Part shown: in pieces, positions 53,845-64,000 of the stretch | Layout of the letters: the number at the start of each line of letters is the position of its first letter | How positions within the stretch are numbered: the first letter of the stretch is position 1 | Origin: Antedon mediterranea | Taxonomy: Eukaryota; Animalia; Echinodermata | Direction: 5' to 3' | Assembly (NCBI RefSeq): GCF_964355755.1 | Contig: NC_092671.1 | Span: 24,626,070-24,690,069 of the forward strand | DNA length: 64,000 nt | Program-made: the position numbers and the translations under genes | Notes under the pieces: generated by a model | Told to the model about the DNA's origin: nothing | The model's database searches: none | The model's input: the letters and a program-made list of their open reading frames with translations, nothing else

Positions 53845-55830
53845 TCTTGTTTACGAGAGTTTAGAAAGCTGACGTGTAAGGTACACGTAATCAACCTTTT
53901 ATTAAAACTCTCCCTCGGCAAAGCTGTAGGTTTAGACGGTCTTACTGCTGAGCATTTAAAACATGCTTCAGTTCAGTTATTTTAAGTATATGTTATAATG
54001 CTTCACCACGGTTTTGTACCTGATAAGCTGACCAATTTTGTACTTGTTCCCATTGTTAAAAAGACATTTAAAGCTGGTGACGTAACCGAAAATGTCTTGT
54101 TTACGAGAGTTTAGAATGCTGACGTGTAAGGTACACGTAATCAACCTTTTATTAAAACTCTCCCTCGGCAAAGCTGTAGGTTTAGACGGTCTTACTGCTG
54201 AGCATTTAAAACATGCTTCAGTTCAGTTATTTTAAGTATATATTATAATGCTTCACCACGGTTTTGTACCTGATAAGCTGACCAATTTTGTACTTGTTCC
54301 CATTGTTAAAAAGACATGTAAAGCTGGTGGCGTAACCGAAAATTAAACCTTAGATCCAATGGTAGAAATCTGGAAGTGCCTAAATGCAAAACAGTACCTT
54401 ATATTGTTTATCTGCTTAACTCTCAATATTTTTTTTTTCTTTTTATATAGGATGTTTATAAGTAAATAAATAAATGCATTTAAATTAATACTATTGTATA
54501 TATTGCTTAAAATAAATTAAAACCTTGATAAATATATTTAAAATAACCTAAATTATACTTTGTACTGATAAAATGAATGAAAAATGATCTATTTTTTTTT
54601 ATGACATTGCAATATTGTTGATAAATATATTTAAAATACTAGTGAATCTAAGTAATGATACTTTGTACTGATAAAATGAATGAAGAAATGATCTATTTTT
54701 TTTTATGACATTGCATTTTTGCTCTATTGGATAAATGTTAATGATTAATTTACAGTATATTTATTTTTTTATTCATATTGTAAATTTTTTTGTAATGTAA
54801 CTTTTTACTATATGTACTACAGTAATTTCAGACTTGTTCTGCTTTTTGTAATGTTTTTATATACCGGAATAAATAAATAAATAAATAAATAGATAAAAAT
54901 AAATACAGACCCATAGCACTAGCACCAAAATCATGGAATCCAAACTTGTGATCACTGTGGAAACTAACGATTGTCAGTTTGCTTTTAAACCAGGTCATTA
55001 AATGATCTTTTTGTTGAAGTAAGTTGTTGAATACTATCAAAATCATGGTAGTTCGGTATACTTGCTTTCTGGACGCATCAAAAGCGTTCGATCGAGTAAA
55101 TTATTGGACGTTATTTAAAGTTGTTATTGAAAGAGGTGTACAACATCAATCATGGGTGTTCTATTGGTGACTAAAAAGTTAATTGTCTCATTTACGCTGA
55201 TGATGACATGGTTCTCAAGGCTCTTTCTGCTATTGGAGTACAAAATCTCATTAATGTTTGTGAACTTTTTGCTACGAATTGAGATATTGTATACAATACT
55301 ATAAAGTCCAAGTGTATGTTATTATGTCCCGTGTATACGTCGTAAGTTACAAAAACCATACTGACCTTGCATTTGTTGACTATATAACATACTTGGGTCA
55401 TGTAATTTGTACCTATATGAATGATGATAATGATATTAAGAAACAGTATCGAACTCTGTGTATCAGAGCTAATACATTATGCAGGACATTCTCCAAATGT
55501 TCCGTTAAAGTGAAATGTCAGTTATTTAAAACGTATTGTGTTAATGTATACTGTATGACTCTATGGAGTAAATTCAGTGAAGGAACTCATTTAGAGTTTG
55601 CTTTAATAACGGGTTACGTAAGCAACTGAAATTGTCTAGTTTCAATATTGCAAGCATGATGTTGTCTGTAACGAATAACGTTCCCTCATTCTATGAATAC
55701 TGGAGGAACTCTATACATAGTTTTAAGAACAGAATTCATGACAGTTGCAATACTCTGATTCAAACCATAGTTAACGTACTTCTACAATCTAACCTACATC
55801 AGCTTTGGTGCAAATTGGTATTTTAGGATA
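53845..55830 (+). mobile_element. Decayed non-LTR retrotransposon; first ~250 bp tandemly duplicated (53845-54092, 54095-54342); AT-rich interruption ~54345-54900
   Basis: RT-region motifs KAVGLDGLTAEHLKH, RPIAL, QFAFKPG, FLDASKAFDRVNY, IYADD, YLG. Confidence 0.85.
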
Positions 55831-56374
55831 TTGTAGGTTGGTTTTGTGGGAACAACCCGCCATCAAGCATCAAGGACACGGGCTTTTTTCATTCGATAGC
55901 CACCATGTTACCCCGTGTCTGGGACCAGCTTCCCAGACCATTGACAGATGCTGCAGTCATATAAAGCCTATCAGCCTTCATTATGTCTTTTATGTGTAAA
56001 CTGACTTTGGGGTTGGGTCAACCGGCTCAGCTACAGTGATTAAGTTCACTTAGGTTGACTCTGGTCTCCTCAATTCCAGTTTTTTTTTGTGTATAATATA
56101 CTGAAATACACCGAATAAATAATGAAATGAAGTTGCTTATATTGTTAATTTTCTGGTGAAATTGTTTCTCTTTTTGTTTTTTTATTATTATTTAAAATTC
56201 CACCTTGTTGATTCACAAACGTGTTTAGTATTTAAAAACAACCTTTTTCTATAGTTTTAGCAACTTTTTTTTTTTTTTTTGTAAATTAAGATTTTAATGG
56301 GGCGGCCACTAAATTAGCCTCTCCGGGAGACTTGTCTTCAAACTTTCATAAAATAAAAAATAAATAACTATATA

Positions 56375-56572
56375 ATACTGCATTCTCCCAGTATATATTA
56401 TATACGGTAATAATACAAATCTGTATTCTCTGATATAGGCTGCGCTGTACTTCTACCAAATCATCAATCAATTATACAATGCTGTTATGTTGTAAAATTT
56501 CTAAGAATGCTCGTAATTTGTTTTATTCTACAAATTGGTATTTTGCAAATAGGTCTCACATATTCAGAATGA
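56375..56572 (+). pseudogene. Scrambled relic of the histone unit (H2B-H2A spacer, H2A 3' end, post-H2A spacer)
   Basis: ATCTGTATTCTCTGATATAG, GCTGTACTTCTACCAAA and ATTCTACAAATT..TATTTTGC..TAGGT.TCACATATTCAG match array sequences in the same order. Confidence 0.7.
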
Positions 56573-56668
56573 GTTTTTGACCGGTATTGTATCTCATTGT
56601 ATCGATCGTCCCTTTTGTTATATACACTTACCAGGGTGGAGAGACGCAAACGTAAGTAAAGTGTCTAA

Positions 56669-56813
56669 AGCTTTGTCTACACTATCAAACTGTGATGTGG
56701 CCAAATATGTAGTGATATGCCCAAATATGGTACTGATATGACATTACCGTGTGTACATATTCGGGCACATCCAATTTTTTTGTCAAGTAAAGTCATATAA
56801 TGTAGACAGAGCT
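56669..56813. mobile_element. PIF/Harbinger-type MITE, apparently inserted in a SINE remnant
   Basis: TAA|AGCTTTGTCTACA ... TGTAGACAGAGCT|TAA. Confidence 0.7.
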
Positions 56814-57408
56814 TAAGGATACATTAAGCAATGCAACAGTGGATTCGAACTCACGATCAGTAGTGCTAAACCAATATGGATATTTTTTTTAAATTTATTT
56901 TCAAATTCTATGACATTGAAGTCACCTATATTTTAGTTTCATTTTGTATACTTTTAAAATTATTTTGTTATGAATCGTTCAAGACTCTTTATTACAATTC
57001 CTATAGGGACGTGAAAACTTAAATATAATGACATGTTATCATGACAACAGTAATATAGCAATAACTCATAATAAAAATATGATCTTACAAACATTAAAAT
57101 ACAGGTATTTATGAATAGAGATTACAAATGACATTATGGGTGTTATGGTAATTAAAATATGATAATCATATACACTGTATAGTTGACATAATTATGGTAA
57201 AATAATAAAAAGAGGGAAAAACGTTATTTTATTGATATCCTTTTAAAAAGTGTATAGCTTAATAATAACAAGCATAAATCAGAAATGTACGGTTTTTTGT
57301 TGAACTTATAATTGAATACCTTGTTCTGCTCTAGGCCTAATACTTGTAAGAATTATTTAAAAACTTTCAGTAAATGTGTATCTACAAATAGTGTCACCGG
57401 TACATTTC

Positions 57409-60400
57409 CTAGCGTCTACCAACTCCACTACGTCCGCCTGATGAAACTCCTCCTGACAAAACTCTCCTGTATTGTCCATTTGTTCTATATCTTCTTTGGT
57501 ACACTTTTTGTCTGTTACCAGTTCGGAATATGTGTCGTTGTTGTTGTTGACGACGACTCTGTCCTGATCGAGTTCTAGGCCTATACATCATATAAAATGA
57601 AGATGATGCAAATGCAGAAGATACTTCTAATCCTCCATGCTGTGGAACTCCCATAACTTCGTTACTTCCACTGCTACTAGCTTTCACCACTACTGGAACT
57701 CTTCGACGTGGGGCTGGTGGTCTTGTTAAAATGTCAAATTCAACTTCAGATATACCTGGTTCTGTTGTGGGTGGAGGCATAGGTGTTGTGATAGGCAGTG
57801 ATTCTTCCGCGGGTAGAGAGGCTTCACCGACTGCATCAAATGAATCTGGATCTGGAGGCAACTCTTGAACAGGTATAGAAGCATCACCAACAGCATCAAA
57901 GGAGTCTTCTTCTGGAGATGATTCATCTCGGAAAGGTCCCATGATATCTGCAGGAGGTCGTTCACTTCCAGCCCCAGTAACTTTAAATGTAAATTTCTCC
58001 GGCTTGACAGTAGTTAAAGCAATAGTAGTTGGTTTAATCGTCGTTACAAATGGTGTTGTGGTGGGTTTAGACATTTGTGTCGTTTTGGCTACTCTGGGCT
58101 GTGGTGGTAGAGGTGGTAAGGGCTTCCTTGGGCATTTTTTACCTTTCTCAATAACATCCACAGTTATTCCTTTTTCACAAGCCTTCTTCTTAAGAACGCA
58201 TTCTGATGGATATGATTTAAAGTCGGAACCACACACTTTATCCTTTTTAGCAGGTTTTGGACATTTCTTTGGACAAGTTTCAGGTTTAGCTTCCTGCGCT
58301 TGCTCTATATCAAAAAAAATAAGACAAAGGGAAATTTTCATTTGTAATAGTCTAAAAGCATAATAAATAATCAAGTTTCAATTATAACAAGTTTTTACAT
58401 ATATAATGTAAAATAATAACAAGATGCAATAATGTAGCAAATACTTTAATGGACAGAAAAGATGAATCAAAGTCAATATTATTTATAAGATTAAGAAATA
58501 ATTGCATTTAAATTAAATTATAATTGTATAGGCCTATTATACATTTATAATATAATAGTATTATAGTGTATACAAATATTATAAGAAAATCATAATTGTA
58601 TCTGTAGGCCTATATAAAAAGAAATGTCAAACGAAAATTATATAAACATGTGTATAAACTATAACATTTGTTATGGAAATATAACATAACAACATTATGT
58701 TTGTATAAGAATATGAATGAAAACATATTAATGAAAATATTATAGATATTTTATATGTAGTTTATGTAAAAATGTAAAGAATAAATGAGGAACGCACCCA
58801 CCAACAAGAAATGAAAGTTTTTAAATATTGTTAATATTATTATCTTTATGTTTTTCAGAAACATTTTCATGCAAACCAAGAATCCTAACTCGATAGTAAC
58901 TTAATTCACTTTTGTGATATATGTCTCTTGTCTTGTTTTTTTATACTGTTAAAATAAAATTATAATACTATTGAACACAGGCCTTTTTGCTGATCAGCTG
59001 CTGTTCTTTGCCCTTCCAAACTCCTTAAGACCTACCTTTTAATTTACACTTTTATCATTGCACATTTACTTTTTTGATTTTCATCCTGTCTCCTTTTTTT
59101 GTTGATTGTTCATCGCTTAGGTGCTCTGCATTTTAAGCTATATTAAATTGAACCCTATTATTATTTTTTTATTATTTAAATAAAATCACAATTGTGTGTG
59201 TGCGTATGAAATTGGTTGTAAAAAAACAATCTTACCTTGAACGCATTTTCCATCATACGCCTTCGTTATTGGTGATTTAAATTTACAAGCTGCTCTGCGT
59301 AACTTGCATTCGTTGGAATACGTCATACCATTAACTCCACAAACCTGTTAGATAATTCATAAATGCACCAGTAAACGTTTTGTATAATTTGGGCGTACAC
59401 CAGGTTTATATTTATTTCTTTAGGTAATTATAAACTGGATAATATTATCACTCAATTTCTCAACTTCATAAAAAAATGGTTATATATAGATCCTTTGAAG
59501 TTCGAAGTATGGTGATAATTATTATTATTTTATCAATATTTTTTTTAAATTATGTTACTTTTTAAATGTAACAAGTTGAATATATATACTAACCGCTCCA
59601 CGTCTTAGGTCATCCGGACAATTTTTTTTAAGACTTTTACATGAATACGGATCCTTTTCTTTCTCTGTAATATGAAAATAATTCATATTAAGTTAAATCC
59701 TATTTTAAAGTCAGATAATGAGATAATTGCAAGTGTACTTCTGCCTCAATTGTAGACTGAGTTTCACTAATATTATTCAATTTAGTAAAGCCTAAGTTTA
59801 GTTAAAGTGCAGTTCTCAAAAGATAAACTATTTGGATAATACGAAGCTGTCGATTTGCGACGCCTAGGAACTAATTACGTCATTACACTTGCGTGTACAC
59901 TGTGACGTGGTTCCTCATTTTATTTGATTCCTTGACACAGTTTTGTCTGATTGTATGTTCCAGGCGACGACGACTAACGACGACGAATATCGTCGTGTTA
60001 GTTCATAGGTCCTAGGTTGTTGCAAATCGAAAGCTTCCGAATCTGATTTGTTGAACCCACTAGCTTGCATTGCCATAACGCATGCTCCGTCTCGTAATTT
60101 CTCAATGACGACACCGGTTCGGCAGGCTGTTCGTCTCATGATGCACTCGTTTTCATAGGTCATTTGATCAGTGCCGCATACCTCCCCAATAGAAATCCGT
60201 CTAGGGCAAATGATGTTTAGAGACAAACATCTGAATATTCCACTCATAAATAAAGCTATAGAATATAAAATTAATTTCGTAAACTACAAAACATAATAAC
60301 AGTTTTTTTTTTTAATCACCATTTGTTTTCGGGTCTTTTGTTCTATGGTTAAGAAAAGATCAACTAACTATTCACTGTAGGCCCTAATTTCTTTTTGACA

Positions 60401-60849
60401 TGATAGGTTAGGTTCTCCGCAAATGAAACATTGAATGGATTATTATTATGCGGAGATAATTTGATAAGTTGATGATGATGATTGGTTGAGAATGAATTAG
60501 ACCTATGTTTTACTTGTCAAAAGTTCATACAGTCGGGCAGCAAAGTGGTTGACCTCGCGAATTATTACCAAATCAAAATTTGAATTGCCGCCATCTTGGA
60601 ATCGCGATAAAGCAAGTAGTGCGGAATTACAAAATGCAGCAAAAAAAATGTCAATAACATTTAAATAGCATATTCATACAATTAAATTTATATTAATAAA
60701 ATTCAACTAAGGATTTTACGAAAGATAGGCTACTTAAGAAATACTGCCGAGATCGGTTCCCCCACACGGCGTAGGGTACCGCAGTGCTAAGGGGCCTAGG
60801 TAGGAAAAAATCTGATTTTACCTGTTAAACATGCTTGAACCAAGGCCAT
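57409..60849 (-). CDS. Secreted protein with three Kazal-type domains and a long low-complexity tail (~432 aa). Exons: 60849-60822, 60255-60061, 59664-59594, 59344-59236, 58304-57409
   Basis: Phases join in frame with GT-AG; signal-like MALVQACLTALFMSGIF; Kazal motifs VCGTDQMTYENEC, VCGVNGMTYSNEC, VCGSDFKSYPSEC. Confidence 0.85.
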
Positions 60850-63805
60850 TTTAATATATATTATCCAGATTATATATCAAAACAAACTGATAAAAGGATT
60901 TGTTGATTTGCTTCTGATGAGAAAAGTGCCGGATTCATTTCGCTGACGGCGAATGAATACACGAATTTTCGCCATTTTCTAGCACTAGCCTTGGGTACCC
61001 AGACAGCTGATAACGATTATATTCGATTGTCCAGACGTCTCTGCTACTGGTGCTCAATACTACAGTATGTATTACTATGGACCTATAGGTCCATGGTATT
61101 ACTGTACATATAGTTAGTACTGTATGTTTAGTTTTTGCTTTCTTAATGGCAAAATAAATATTTAATTTTTATTATTGCTTATTTTGCTTTAGCTTTATCC
61201 AAGAAGAAGTAAATATTATTATACAGTATATATATGCATATTGCAGTCAAGTTGCAACTGCCACGAATCCACTCCACTTTGGTTACTAACTAAATAATTA
61301 ATAGTATAACATCATAACTAACAAACAAATTAACAAGTTAATAAATTAACCACCATTAAATAATTTTATTTACAAAAAAGTATTTTACATACAGTATAAC
61401 ATGTAATATCTTATTTACATCGAAGTAAAATATGCCTATCAAACTATCTTGCTCAGGCTAAAATATCAAGTTATATATGTCAATATTTGAGTTAAATCAT
61501 CGCGATAATAAAATTTTTATTTTTTTTTTATTTTTAAAGACGTCTGTTACGTACATCAATTTACAAATATCAAAATAGGATTGTTTTTGCAGCACAAGAT
61601 GAATCACAAGTCGGATAGTTTATTCTTAGAAACCTGAAAGAAAAAAAAAACACCAATAATGAGCTATTCATAGTTAAATAATTTTAATGTCAACTTTAGT
61701 CATCCTAAATTTTGTCGCCATGATCACTACTATACACAATACTGTATATATAAATATCATATATACGACCATCCAAATTACCTCATCCTACAACAGTCCT
61801 TCCTAGCCTAGGCTACATTATTGTCATATATTTACAAACCTCCAACAGCCACAACGTATTTTCTTTTCTTTGGCAAAGAATTTCCCGTAATATAGTCCTA
61901 AATTAATTAAATAAAAAGGTCTAGGCCTTTCTTTAAATATCCGACGATATATATCCATAATCCAGTGGATATAGATTCAACATTTTAAACATAATAATAT
62001 GGCTTCACATTGATTATAATAAGTCGGCGATATGCCACTAAAAACTATAAAAACTATAAAATTATAAATAAATAAGGGAGTCAGTTTCTCTCTGTAAAAG
62101 AATAACTAAACAGAATAATAATACACAACCAAATACAGTAGAGCTAGCAAAACAGAGTTGGAGGAGCAGAGTCTTCACATATGAAGTTGGCTCCTAATAC
62201 GAAGAAGAAGAAGAAGAAGAAAACTAGCCTGCGGCCCTCTCTATCCGCCTACAAATAGCACTGGGTTTCCGTCAAATGGGCTAGGCCTAGCCTAGGCCTA
62301 GATAATACTACAAGTTGGGTACATTTTTTTACAACCAAATAATCTACAATTATATTGCAATATTTACCAAACTAGCACCAAATCCAAAATAAAAAAGCTA
62401 CTAATAACATATTTTGGTATATTAACTGGTTTAAAAACGGATTGCACATAGTGATTTTGAAGGATTGAAATTACTCAACCACACGGCCTGTACTAAACAT
62501 ACGAATCCAAGATGGAGTCTGCTTAGAATATATCCCCAGCTTTGAACGGATATTGAATCCGTCCCACAAGCTGAACCAAGCTTAAACTTTCAAAAAAGAT
62601 AGATTAATAACCTAATAACCAACCACTAAGTTTTTATAAAGGTTCCGTGCTGATGAGAAAAGTGCCGGATTCCCTACGAAACCAAACAAATAAATCATGT
62701 AGCCTACCTCAACGAACACCTCCATCTGCACTTTTTTCTTCAATAAGCTCTGTCGTCCTTTCCTGGGCTATTTATACCAAAATTTTGTGGCGGGAATAAT
62801 CTTCCATATTAGGAGTAACAATTTCCAAATATAGAAAGATATAATTTAACCCGGATGGTGGAAATTGCAGCAGATTTGTAAGGGTATTCCCATGCAAAAT
62901 GCTTGCCGCGAAGTGAAAAGCGAACCGGAAGTCACTATAACTTGGCGATGCTCAGTGACCTGCGCAGTTAAAAAACAGCGTTTTAACGGTTAAATGAGCA
63001 CTTTGCTGCTCGACTGCATACTATCACATTATCAACCAGGAGAAAGCTTTGGCAGTAATTGTTATAATACTGTAGTACATTACATTTATATTTATACTTG
63101 AAAACATCGTCGCAAAATATTATACGTAATGTGTGTGGTTATTTTTATCATTTATTGCCAAATAATGAAACGCGCTTGTTTGGCTACTCTGTATGCATAA
63201 TCATAAAACTTCCTCATGATCTGTGTGAAAATACCTTCTTAACCGTGACGGGTTGTAAACAATCCATAATGCATAATGCGTACTCATGGTTTGAAATCTT
63301 TGTTTACTTTCGCTCGTGACGATTTTCCAGATGAAATGTAATCAAACTAATTTACCTGTTAATTACGTAAACTTGTTGTTTTTGGCTCAAATTTTTGACT
63401 TAAAGTGAATAACTTTAATATTACTTTGATATGGCCACTTTAAATTTAGAATATTTTGACCTTCATTTTTTTGTGTTTCAAGGGAAAATACATCTTTAAG
63501 TTTTGTGCGTACGTTATGAAACTGCGCCCTCTAAAGAAAAAAGACATATTTAGAGAATTGTACATTCCTATTTCAAATTCTTCTTCCAGACATTGCAAGG
63601 TTTTGAAATGCTGACTTCAGGGAAATAAACTGCCAATATGAAATGTTAATTGAAAATCTGTCATGTCCTTGATTCTTTTTCTTTTTTGATGTGCGTGTAT
63701 ATGTTTTAGTAATGTTCTGTTGATTTATATATGATATAATTCAACCTTTTACATTAATAAAAGTATTATAGTTGTCTTATTTGTTAACATTGTAAAGCTA
63801 TGAGT

Positions 63806-64000
63806 TTACCAGTTAGTTACCAGTTAGTTACCAGTTAGTTACCAGTTAGTTACCAGTTAGTTACCAGTTAGTTACCAGTTAGTTACCAGTTAGTTACCAG
63901 TTAGTTACCAGTTAGTTACCAGTTAGTTACCAGTTAGTTACCAGTTAGTTACCAGTTAGTTACCAGTTAGTTACCAGTTAGTTACCAGTTAGTTACCAGT
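63806..64000. repeat. Perfect 11-bp tandem repeat (TTACCAGTTAG)n running off the window
   Basis: About 17.7 identical copies. Confidence 0.97.

Noticed and set aside
54940-54965. CACTGTG as the second Transib end
   Set aside because: Only the heptamer matches; it lies within LINE sequence and has no TSD.
62648-62685. CTGATGA...CGAAAC hammerhead-like spacing
   Set aside because: No stem II, stem I or cleavage triplet can be formed.

Overview
AT-rich animal genomic DNA, probably from a marine invertebrate (an echinoderm is a guess from gene and repeat style). From left to right: (1) a repeat nest at 1.5-5.1 kb with a G/C-rich fold-back, tRNA-like genes carrying an ATC anticodon and two hammerhead ribozymes, all around (TA)n tracts; (2) a 15-exon MPND gene (RAMA + JAMM/MPN+ domains, 6.5-23.8 kb) whose introns hold DNA transposons, LINE fragments, a 5S-like sequence and a minisatellite split by a Helitron; (3) a minisatellite-like C2H2 zinc-finger ORF with a hammerhead-like motif upstream and a Transib remnant; (4) a ~22.6 kb decaying tandem array of replication-dependent histone genes (~5.74 kb unit, H1-H4-[H3]-H2B-H2A, all + strand) in which every H3 is the same 5'-deleted stub and every H1 is broken in a different way, with deletion-made chimeric genes at both ends; (5) LINE debris, a secreted three-Kazal-domain gene on the - strand and an 11-bp satellite at the window end. 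All coordinates and alignments were read by eye and no database searches were run.
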